DNA of 62,829 nucleotides, counting the filler, from Eubacteriales bacterium (GTDB taxonomy: Bacteria > Bacillota > Clostridia > Oscillospirales > CAG-382), in assembly GCA_045636665.1 (NCBI GenBank). It is 10 parts of 10 records of this genome, joined end to end, with 100 filler letters (N's around TTAATTAATTAA, not from the genome) between each part and the next. Parts side by side here need not be neighbours in the genome. Positions count along the whole stretch, not along the records: positions 48,297 to 52,468 come from JAZTXY010000063.1; positions 52,569 to 55,143 come from JAZTXY010000064.1; positions 55,244 to 57,427 come from JAZTXY010000065.1; positions 57,528 to 60,066 come from JAZTXY010000067.1; 6 more parts are not named here. One strand, 5' to 3'. The translations under genes and the position numbers were made by a program. Shown piece by piece: positions 51,439-60,166 of this stretch (its first letter is position 1; each line of letters begins with the position of its first letter). Under the pieces are notes generated by a model. It saw nothing but the letters and a program-made list of their open reading frames with translations. It searched no databases and was not told the origin of the DNA.

Positions 51439-51459
51439 TTCCCTTTCTTTTTTTAAAAT

Positions 51460-51710
51460 ACACAAAGGGCTGAAAATCAGCCCCTCCGAGTGCGGATAAA
51501 CGGGCGCTTTACGCCCTTGAAAGAATTGTCCCAGAAAAGAATCAAGCTTCACTTAAACCTGAAGCTTGATTTCGTTCTTTTATGAGGAATAATAATTCTA
51601 TTATATTTTCAAGGGCTTTGAAGAAAAGCTTCGACTGCTGTACCTTTGTACAGCGACGCTCGCTTTTTTTCAAAAATCACCGCGTTTCTCTCACTCGGTG
51701 CTTTATGTGT
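51460..51710. other. Large multi-stem structured intergenic element (candidate ncRNA or miniature repeat)
   Basis: Nested inverted repeats CCGAGTG/CACTCGG, GCCCTTGAAA/TTTCAAGGGC, AATCAAGCTTCA/TGAAGCTTGATT, GCTGTAC/GTACAGC. Confidence 0.55.
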
Positions 51711-52162
51711 TATTTTTCTTCGTCCTTTTTCTTGCCGAAAAGCGATTTCTTTTCCTTCTTTTCGGATTTGTCTTCCTTCGACTTCATCTTGATGCCGCTG
51801 TCGGACTTAACCGCTTTAACCTCCTTGGCTTCGGGCTCGTTTGCCTTTTCAACCACAGAGTGAACCGCCCATTTTTGAATTTGGATCTTGGTTCTGTCGC
51901 CGCTGGTTTCGATAAGAATCATATCGTTCTTAACCTTAACTACCATACCTACGATACCGCCGGTTGTAACGATAACGTCGCCAAGCTCGATAGAGGAGCG
52001 CATATCGGCAGTTTCTTTTTCCTGCTTCTTTTGGGGACGGTAGATGAAGAAATAAAAAACAAGTGCAAGCAATGCAAGGGGAAGAAGCATTGTGAGCATC
52101 GAGCCGCTGCTTGCTTGAGCGTCTTGTGCCGCATTTTCTGCAAAAAGTGCTGTAAGATTCAT
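51710..52162 (-). CDS. yajC: Preprotein translocase subunit YajC
   Basis: FYFFIYRPQKK, GDVIVTTGGIVG.V; extended Lys/Glu-rich tail. Confidence 0.95.
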   Translation of the reverse strand: MNLTALFAENAAQDAQASSGSMLTMLLPLALLALVFYFFIYRPQKKQEKETADMRSSIELGDVIVTTGGIVGMVVKVKNDMILIETSGDRTKIQIQKWAVHSVVEKANEPEAKEVKAVKSDSGIKMKSKEDKSEKKEKKSLFGKKKDEEK

Positions 52163-52449
52163 TTTAAATTACCTTCGTTGTATTTTATTCGTTTTACGCT
52201 TGTGCAATAAAGCGTTTTTTCATCGATTTCAAAAAGCGCACCGCAAAGATTTATGCTTTCGGTCGCAGGGATGCCCTTCATTCGCACGTTGCTTATAAAT
52301 CTCGGCACCGCCGTTTCATAGCTGACTCCGATAACCGATTCCTCGCTTCCGCACATACCGACATCGCTTATATATCCGCTGCCGCGAGTGGTTAAACGCT
52401 CGTCGGCGGTTTGAACGTGGGTGTGCGTTCCGAAAACGGCTTGTATCCT
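52159..52449 (-). CDS. YmdB-family metallophosphoesterase, C-terminal part (5' truncated)
   Basis: Manual translation AVFGTHTHVQTADE...GYISDVGMCG...SVIG. Confidence 0.9.
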   Translation of the reverse strand, partial: RIQAVFGTHTHVQTADERLTTRGSGYISDVGMCGSEESVIGVSYETAVPRFISNVRMKGIPATESINLCGALFEIDEKTLYCTSVKRIKYNEGNLK

Positions 52450-52468
52450 AAGTCGGAGGCCAAGCGGT
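52450..52468 (+). other. MGI/BGI sequencing adapter remnant
   Basis: AAGTCGGAGGCCAAGCGGT at a contig end. Confidence 0.9.
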
Positions 52469-52568
52469 NNNNNNNNNNNNNNNNNNNNNNNNNNNNNNNN
52501 NNNNNNNNNNNNTTAATTAATTAANNNNNNNNNNNNNNNNNNNNNNNNNNNNNNNNNNNNNNNNNNNN
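52469..52568. other. Artificial contig linker
   Basis: N44-TTAATTAATTAA-N44. Confidence 0.99.
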
Positions 52569-53128
52569 AAAACTCGCTTACCGGTCTTGAATTTTGCTAT
52601 GGCATACCGGGCACAATCGGCGGCGCGGTATTTATGAACGCAGGCGCTTACGGCGGCGAAATATCCGAGCATTTTATCCGCGGACGCTTTTTAAACGCGG
52701 ACAACGAAATTATCGTTTTAAACGGCGACGAGCTTGAATTCGGTTACCGTAAAAGCCGCCTTATGCGTGAGGAATTGATTCTCATTTCTGCGGAATTTAA
52801 AGCAGAAAACGGCGAAAAGAGCGAAATACGCGCAAAAATGGATGAGCTTATGCAAAAGCGCAAAAGCAAGCAGCCGCTTGAATTTCCAAGCTGCGGAAGC
52901 GCGTTCAAGCGTCCCGAGGGCTATTTTGCGGGCGCTTTGATCGAGCAATGCGGATTAAAGGGCTTTTCTTTGGGCGGTGCAAGGGTTTCCGAAAAGCACG
53001 CAGGCTTTATTATCAACGGCGGAAACGCAACCGCGACCGACGTGATAAAGCTTTTGGAATACGTTTCCGAAACGGTTTTCAAAAATACGGGCGTTATGCT
53101 TGAGCCCGAAATAAGGGTGATTAAATAA
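52569..53128 (+). CDS. murB: UDP-N-acetylenolpyruvoylglucosamine reductase (5' truncated)
   Basis: GIPGTIGGAVFMNAGAYG, FGYRKS, QPLEFPSCGSAFKRP, VSEKHAGF, LEPEI. Confidence 0.96.
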
Positions 53129-53811
53129 TGTCATTCACTTCACAGATAAAAGACCAGCTTGTTGAAAGCATACCGAAAAAGGATTGCTGCAAGTCGTCGC
53201 TTACCGCAGGGTTTGAAATGCTTCCGTTTACTGCGGTATGCGATAAAGACCTCGGATGTTATTTGCGCGGTGTGTTTTTGAAATGCGGAAACGTCACCTC
53301 CCCAGGCCGTAATTTTATGCTTTCGTTCACTCTGCAGAGCGATGAATATGCCGATTATCTTTTCGAATTGCTTGATACGACGGGAATCGAGCCGAAGCGC
53401 TCGGTTCGCAAGGGTAAGCCCGTAGTGTATTTTAAAGCGAGTGAAAGCATTGAAGATATGCTTTCGTTTATCGGCGGTACGAAAGCTGTGCTTAAAATTT
53501 TAAGCGAAAAGGTTTTGAGCGACGTAAGAAACAACGCAAACCGACTTTGCAACGCCGAAACCGCAAACCTCGACCGTACCGCACGCGCGGCGGCAGAGCA
53601 ATGCGAGGCGATAAAGACGATTGTGGACTTGGGCGCGATGCACAATCTTCCGCCCGAGCTTCGCGAATGCGCCGAATTGAGATTGGCAAATCCCGATATG
53701 TCACTTACTCAGTTGCGTGAGCTTTTCCGCGAGCCTGTAAGCAAATCGGGCATCAACCACAGATTTAAAAAATTAATTCAAATTGCGGAAACGTTAAAAG
53801 CACAACAATAG
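53128..53811 (+). CDS. whiA: DNA-binding protein WhiA (short form)
   Basis: MSFTSQIK, YLRGVFL..G, Y.K.SE.IED.L..IG, NR..NAETANL, RL..P..SL..L...SKSGINHR. Confidence 0.92.
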   Translation: MSFTSQIKDQLVESIPKKDCCKSSLTAGFEMLPFTAVCDKDLGCYLRGVFLKCGNVTSPGRNFMLSFTLQSDEYADYLFELLDTTGIEPKRSVRKGKPVVYFKASESIEDMLSFIGGTKAVLKILSEKVLSDVRNNANRLCNAETANLDRTARAAAEQCEAIKTIVDLGAMHNLPPELRECAELRLANPDMSLTQLRELFREPVSKSGINHRFKKLIQIAETLKAQQ

Positions 53812-53852
53812 CGCCAAAGCGCTCGACCGACAGAAAACAGGAACATTATAGC

Positions 53853-54082
53853 AACATTAATATGGCTTTCGTTCACTTGCAGCGCTGACTCGCTCGACCG
53901 AAAAGCTTCTTTTCGGTCGGTTATTGAGTTTTGTGCGCTCGCGCCTCGCTCCGCATAAATGCGTCGTTCGCAAAACCCTTAGGTATCAAAAACGAGGCGC
54001 ATGTCCCCGTTTTTGATGAAATTTTTATCGTATTTTTAGATTAAACCGATAGGAACATTAATATGGCTTTCGTTCACTTGCA
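53853..54082 (+). repeat. 29-bp direct repeat of the dnaE translation start flanking a hairpin-rich insert
   Basis: AACATTAATATGGCTTTCGTTCACTTGCA at 53853-53881 and 54054-54082. Confidence 0.85.
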
Positions 54083-55143
54083 TCTACACACAGAATATAG
54101 CTTGCTTGACGGCGAAAACCGCATTAATGCAATTCCCGACGCGGTTATTGAGGGTGGTATGGACGCTTGCGCCATTACCGACCACGGCGTTATGTACGGC
54201 GTTGTCGATTTTTACAAGGCGTGCGTCAGCAAGGGCGTGCATCCGATTATCGGGTGCGAGGTCTACGTTGCGCCGAGAATGATGGAGCAAAAGGACAGAA
54301 TGCTCGATTCCGATTATTCGCATCTTGTTTTACTTGCGAAGAACGAAATCGGTTATAAAAATCTTTTAAATATCGTTTCAAAAGCGTTCACTGTCGGCTT
54401 TTACTCGAAGCCGAGAACCGACATTGAAAATCTTACAAAATATTCCGAGGGGCTTATTGCCCTTTCGGGCTGTATTTCGGGAAGCATCCCGAAGGCAATA
54501 CTTGCAAACGATTTATCGCTTGCGCGAGAAAGAATTATTGTTTTCGACCGCATTTTCGGCAGAAACAACTTTTATCTTGAGCTTCAGCGTCACGGCATCG
54601 ACGGTCAAGAGGAGGTCAACCGCGCGCTTATCAACTTCTCGCGCGAGTTGGGTGTTCCGCTTGTTGCGACAAATGACGCGCATTACACAAAGCGCGAGGA
54701 TGCGGCGGTGCAAAAGCTTCTTTCGGCGATTGCCACGGGCAACACCGTCGAGGACAGCGGCTTCGGTATGGACGGAAGCGAGCATTACGTTAAATCCGAT
54801 TCGGAAATGCGCGCTCTGTTTTATGACGTACCCGAAGCGATTGAAAACACGGCGAAAATTGCTCAGATGTGCGATTTTAAGTTCGATTTCGAAAGTATGC
54901 ATTTACCTGCATTCAAAACGCCTTCTCCCTATAATTCCGAGCAATATCTCCGTAAGCTTTGTCTTGAAGGACTTGAAAGGCTTTATGCCTCCAACCGTCT
55001 TTCCGACGATATTTCGGTCTACCGCGAAAGAATTGACCACGAGCTTTCGATAATTCACAATATGGGCTTTGACGATTATATGCTCATCGTTTGGGATTTT
55101 GTGAATTATGCAAGGCGCAACAACATCCCCGTCGGCTCGGGCA
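54063..55143 (+). CDS. dnaE: DNA polymerase III alpha subunit DnaE, N-terminal part (3' truncated)
   Basis: FVHLHLHTEYSLLDG, AITDHG.MYG, PIIGCEVY, VATNDAHY, MGFDDY.LIVWDF. Confidence 0.96.
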
Positions 55144-55243
55144 NNNNNNNNNNNNNNNNNNNNNNNNNNNNNNNNNNNNNNNNNNNNTTAATTAATTAAN
55201 NNNNNNNNNNNNNNNNNNNNNNNNNNNNNNNNNNNNNNNNNNN
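55144..55243. other. Artificial contig linker
   Basis: N44-TTAATTAATTAA-N44. Confidence 0.99.
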
Positions 55244-56991
55244 GTAACGCAATTACCTGTCAGGTGCTCGACGATATGAAGACTCAGGGCTTCAAGTATT
55301 CCACACGCGGCGCTATCACCATTTCGGTTTACGATATGACAGTACCGCCCGAAAAACAGCAGCTCCTTGCCGAAGCAGACAAACAGGTTGACGTTATCAC
55401 CGAGTTCTACAAAAACGGTTTGCTTTCCAACGCAGAACGCCGTGAAAGAGTCGTATCGATTTGGGACCGCTGCACAAAGGATGTCGCTGATGCGCTCCAG
55501 AAAAACCTTGATAAATTCAACCCGATAAATATGATGGCAGTTTCGGGTGCCCGTGGTTCTATCAAGCAGATCAGACAGCTCGCAGGTATGCGTGGTCTTA
55601 TGGCTTCTGCTTCGGGTGAAACTATCGAGCTTCCCATTAAGGCTAACTTCCGTGAAGGCATGAAGATTCTCGAATACTTCACCGCTGCCAGAGGTGCACG
55701 TAAGGGTCTTGCAGATACCGCTTTGCGTACCGCAGACTCCGGTTACCTTACAAGACGTCTTGTTGACGTTTCTCAGGACGTTATAGTCAGAGAAGAAAAC
55801 TGCGGCGATACCAGAGGTCTTTGGGTTTCCAAGATCGTAGACGTTCTCCCCAACGGTAAGGAAGAAATGATCGAGCCGTTCGGCGACAGACTTGCAGGCA
55901 GATATACCATCGGCGACGTAGTTCATCCCGAAACGGGCGAGGTTATCGTTCCCGACGATACTCTTATGACCGACGAGGACGCAAGAAAGATTGTCGCTGC
56001 AGGCATTACAAGCGTTCACATCCGTTCGGTTATCAACTGCCGTGCAAAACACGGCTGCTGCGTACATTGCTACGGCTCCGATCTTGCAACAAAACGCCCT
56101 GTAAGCGTTGGCGAATCGGTAGGTATTATTGCGGCTCAGTCAATCGGTGAGCCCGGTACACAGCTTACCATGAGAACCTTCCACTCGGGCGGTATCGCCG
56201 GCGGCGATATTACTCAGGGTCTTCCCAGAGTCGAAGAAATCTTCGAAGCAAGACGTCCCAAAAAGACTGCTATTCTTGCAGAATTTAACGGAACTGTCCA
56301 CATCGAAGAGGTTAAACGTACAAAGCAGATCACCGTTGTTGACGATGAAACGGGCGAACAGGTATCTACAAGTGTACCCTACACCCATAAAATCAACGTT
56401 GAGGACGGCGCACACGTTACCAAGTGCCAAAAGCTTACCGACGGCACAGAAGCACCCGCAGATATTCTTCATATCAGCGGTCTTGATGCAGTTTACTCTT
56501 ATATAATCAAAGAAATTCAGCGTGTTTACCGCTTGCAGGCCGTTGAAATCAGCGACAAGCACGTGGAAGTCATCGCAAAACAGATGACACGCAGAATTAA
56601 GATTGAGGATTCGGGCGATACCGGCTTGCTTGTCGGCTCTAACGTTGACGTTTCCGAGTTCACGACCGAAAACGAAAAGATTATTGCTTATAATAAGGAA
56701 CACCCCGAGGAAGAGCCCAAGAGAGAGGCAACCGGCAACGCAATGCTTCTCGGTATTACCAAGGCTGCTCTTTCGACAGACTCCTTCCTTTCTGCCGCAT
56801 CGTTCCAGGAAACCACAAAGGTTCTTACCGAAGCAGCAGTCAAGGGCAAGCGTGACCCGCTTATCGGTCTTAAAGAAAACGTTATTATCGGTAAGCTCAT
56901 CCCTGCAGGTACAGGTATGAAGGCTTACAGAAATACCGAGCTTGTGGTAAAAGACGAAAACGCCGTTGCCGCAGCAGTAGCAGAAGAATAA
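55244..56991 (+). CDS. rpoC: RNA polymerase beta' subunit, C-terminal part (5' truncated)
   Basis: SGARGS, GARKGLADTALRTADSGYLTRRLVDV, QSIGEPGTQLTMRTFH, SAASFQETT, LKENVIIGKLIPAGTG. Confidence 0.98.
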
Positions 56992-57051
56992 CAGTTATGT
57001 CGCTGTATTTGTGCAAATTCGCTTCAAATACAGCGGCAAAACCGTAAAAAC

Positions 57052-57115
57052 TTGAATATATCAGGCTATTTGAATATATCAAGCTATTGACAAACGTCAA
57101 AAAAGCTGATATAAT
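57052..57115 (+). promoter_or_regulatory. Consensus sigma-A promoter of rpsL preceded by an 18-bp tandem repeat
   Basis: TTGAATATATCA(G/A)GCTAT twice (57052-57087), TTGACA (57087-92)-N17-TATAAT with TG extension. Confidence 0.85.
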
Positions 57116-57168
57116 AAATTCGTTGCGGACATTGCTTCGCAGCTCAATATTAAAGAAGGAGGAAGAAA

Positions 57169-57427
57169 ATGCCTACATTTAACCAATTGGTAAGACACGG
57201 CAGAAAGTCAGCTGCTAATGAGTCTAAGTCTCCTGCACTTCAAAAGAGCCTTAACTCAATTAAAAAAGTGACTGTTAATGCTCCGTCTCCTCAAAAGAGA
57301 GGCGTCTGCACCAAGGTTGCAATCAAAACACCCAAAAAGCCTAACTCGGCTCAGCGTAAGATTGCAAGAGTCAGACTTACCAACGGTATTGAGGTAACGT
57401 CCTATATCCCCGGCATCGGTCACAACC
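57169..57427 (+). CDS. rpsL: 30S ribosomal protein S12 (3' truncated)
   Basis: [40 protein letters not shown]. Confidence 0.98.
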
Positions 57428-57527
57428 NNNNNNNNNNNNNNNNNNNNNNNNNNNNNNNNNNNNNNNNNNNNTTAATTAATTAANNNNNNNNNNNNNNNNN
57501 NNNNNNNNNNNNNNNNNNNNNNNNNNN
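57428..57527. other. Artificial contig linker
   Basis: N44-TTAATTAATTAA-N44. Confidence 0.99.
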
Positions 57528-59102
57528 AAAATGGTAAACGGCGTTATTTTGTTGGTCGATGCGGCTGAAGGCCCTATGCCTCAGACAAGATTCGTGTTGC
57601 AAAGAGCGCTTGAACTTAACCATAAGGTTATTGTAGTTATAAATAAAATCGACCGCGCGGATGCCAGAATTGAAGAGGTTATGGATGAAGTTCTCGAACT
57701 TCTTTTCGACCTTGATGCAAGTGACGAACAGCTCGAAAGCCCCACGTTGTTCTGTTCGGGCAGAGCAGGTACCGCCTCGCTTTCTCCCTATGAAGCAGGT
57801 ATAGATCTTCAACCCCTTTTCGAAACAATTCTTTCTCATATTCCCGCACCCGAAGGTGACCCCGAAGGTGAATTGCAATTGCTCGTTTCTTCAATCGACT
57901 ATAACGAATATGTAGGTCGTATCGGTATCGGTAGAATCGAACGCGGTTCTATTAGGCAGGGACAAGAGGTTCTCATTACCAACTACCACTCTGATGCTAC
58001 ACCGAAGAAAACGAAAATCGTTTCGCTTTATCAAATCGACGGTCTTAACCGCGTACCCGTTCAAAACGCTAATATGGGTGACATCGTATGCTTCTCGGGT
58101 GCCGAAGATATTACTATTGGTGATACCATTACATCCGTTACTTGCCCCGAGCCTTTGCAATTTGTTAAGGTCGGCGAGCCTACGATGGAAATGACCTTCT
58201 CGGTTAACGATTCTCCCTTTGCAGGCAGAGAAGGTAAGTTTGTAACCTCGCGTCAATTGCGCGACAGATTATTCAAAGAGCTTTTGAAGGATGTTTCGCT
58301 TCGTGTAACCGAAGGCGACACTACCGATTGCTTTAACGTTGCTGGTCGTGGCGAAATGCACCTTTCGATCCTTGTTGAAAATATGCGCCGTGAAGGTTTT
58401 GAGCTTTGCTGTTCAACTCCGCGCGTTCTCTTTAAAGAGATTGACGGCGTTAAGTGCGAACCCTTTGAGCTTGTTACCGCCGACGTTCCCAATGATTATG
58501 TAGGTACTGTTGTTGAAGAGTTGAGCAGACGCAAAGGCGACCTTCTTCAAATGAATCCTAATGGCAACGGTACTCGTATGAAGATTGAATATTCAATCCC
58601 CGCACGTTGCCTTATCGGTTACAGAAATATGTTTATGTCCGCTACTCGCGGCGAAGGCATTCTTAACTCCATTTTTGAAGGATACAAGCCCTTTAAAGGC
58701 GATATTCAGATTCGATTTACCGGTTCGCTTATTGCAAGTGAAGATGGCGAAACAACCTCTTACGGTTGCTATAACTCGCAAGAACGCGGCAATTTGTTTG
58801 TAGGCCCCGGTATGAATGTATATGAAGGAATGGTCGTTGGTATTAATCCCAAGGGAGAAGATATGGCGATCAACCCCTGCAAGAAAAAGCAGCTTACCGC
58901 TATTCGTTCCGCAGGTGCTGACGAAAAGCTTATTCTCACTCCGCCTATCATTATGTCGCTTGAAGAAGCAATTGAATTTATTGCAGACGATGAGCTTATT
59001 GAGGTAACTCCTCAATCCATCCGTATCCGCAAGCGTATTCTTAATAAAGAATTAAGAATGAAAGCAGAAAGCAGAGCAAAAAAAGCAGCTGCAGAAAAAT
59101 AA
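57528..59102 (+). CDS. typA: Translational GTPase TypA/BipA (5' truncated)
   Basis: EGPMPQTRFVL, NKID, VNDSPFAGREGKFVTSR, GRGEMHLSIL.E.MRREG, EVTP.SIRIRK. Confidence 0.97.
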   Translation, partial: KMVNGVILLVDAAEGPMPQTRFVLQRALELNHKVIVVINKIDRADARIEEVMDEVLELLFDLDASDEQLESPTLFCSGRAGTASLSPYEAGIDLQPLFETILSHIPAPEGDPEGELQLLVSSIDYNEYVGRIGIGRIERGSIRQGQEVLITNYHSDATPKKTKIVSLYQIDGLNRVPVQNANMGDIVCFSGAEDITIGDTITSVTCPEPLQFVKVGEPTMEMTFSVNDSPFAGREGKFVTSRQLRDRLFKELLKDVSLRVTEGDTTDCFNVAGRGEMHLSILVENMRREGFELCCSTPRVLFKEIDGVKCEPFELVTADVPNDYVGTVVEELSRRKGDLLQMNPNGNGTRMKIEYSIPARCLIGYRNMFMSATRGEGILNSIFEGYKPFKGDIQIRFTGSLIASEDGETTSYGCYNSQERGNLFVGPGMNVYEGMVVGINPKGEDMAINPCKKKQLTAIRSAGADEKLILTPPIIMSLEEAIEFIADDELIEVTPQSIRIRKRILNKELRMKAESRAKKAAAEK

Positions 59103-59111
59103 AGTAATAAT

Positions 59112-59151
59112 AAATCCCGTGCATAACACAATTGGTATGCACGGGATTTTT
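59112..59151. terminator. Intrinsic terminator between convergent genes
   Basis: AAATCCCGTGCATA...TATGCACGGGATTTTT. Confidence 0.85.
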
Positions 59152-59158
59152 GTAAATA

Positions 59159-60066
59159 TTATTTTAAGCTACCGTCAATGGAGTGAATGGTGTCTTTAAT
59201 TCTAAAAATACAGCCCTTAAGAAAAACCGAGCTATATTCAAAAGTTTCGGGTAAATTATTATAAATATCAATATGACGACCGATTTCCTTTTTGTATGCC
59301 TCTTCATGCGTTAGTTTGTAAAGGTTTTCGTAAACGCCGTCAAGCAAAAATTCAAATTCACCGTATATCGGTCCGCCAACAAAGTCTTCAAGCAATCGTA
59401 AAATTCCGAGGCATATCGTAATTCGCGTATTATCATCAATAAGCGTCGAACGCGAGTGTTCCAGCAGACAGTATATTAACTCAAACAGAAGTTCGTATAT
59501 AAACTTTCTTGCATAATTATCTCGTTCTGCCGCGTCATAATGAAACCTATAAAGCATCGAATATTTTGAAGCGGAAACGCTTGCCAAATTATCGGTAAGC
59601 TGATGAAATTGATTGAAATTATTCAGATACCCTTCAAGTCCTATCAGTAAATTTCGCGCATATGCTCGCGTGTTTTCTTCTTTACATTCATCGAGAATTT
59701 TATAAAGCATATCACGGCTGTTATTTAAATGCTTATCGGCAAGTTCAGTGTCGTTTGCGTTTTGAGCGATTTCAATATAAATAACATCAGTTGCGGCTTT
59801 ACATACCATTAGGGCGTAATTAACGGGAAATTTTTGAAGTCCTTCGGTAATAACGGTGTTGGCTTTTTCAAAGTCACCTGCTTTATACGCGCTTCGCCAT
59901 TCTGAGATGATATTATCAATTGTGTCGGTGGTGATTTTTTTATCAACACACAGTATAACGTCTGTTGAAACTCCGAAGAATATTGCCAATGAAGGAATAA
60001 TTTCCAAATCCGGATAGCACTTGCCGGATTCCCATCGGCTTACCGCTTGTGTCGAAACTCCAAGAT
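59159..60066 (-). CDS. XRE-family HTH regulator with helical (TPR-like) C-terminal domain (5' truncated)
   Basis: Frame extends upstream of the ORF track: LGVSTQAVSRWESGKCYPDLEIIPSLAIFFGVSTDVIL; AT-rich. Confidence 0.88.
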
Positions 60067-60166
60067 NNNNNNNNNNNNNNNNNNNNNNNNNNNNNNNNNN
60101 NNNNNNNNNNTTAATTAATTAANNNNNNNNNNNNNNNNNNNNNNNNNNNNNNNNNNNNNNNNNNNN
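60067..60166. other. Artificial contig linker
   Basis: N44-TTAATTAATTAA-N44. Confidence 0.99.

Noticed and set aside
51355..51863. ORFs 51355-51552 and 51582-51863 over the structured spacer
   Set aside because: No RBS or protein-like composition; better explained by the inverted repeats and antisense overlap with yajC.
52450..52468. Sequence shared with 4411-4429 as terminal inverted repeats of a mobile element
   Set aside because: Exact match to the MGI sequencing adapter, located only at contig ends.
59159..60066. AT-rich XRE gene as the edge of a prophage or island
   Set aside because: The contig ends inside the gene and no integrase, att site or phage gene is visible. Such regulators are common in Clostridia.
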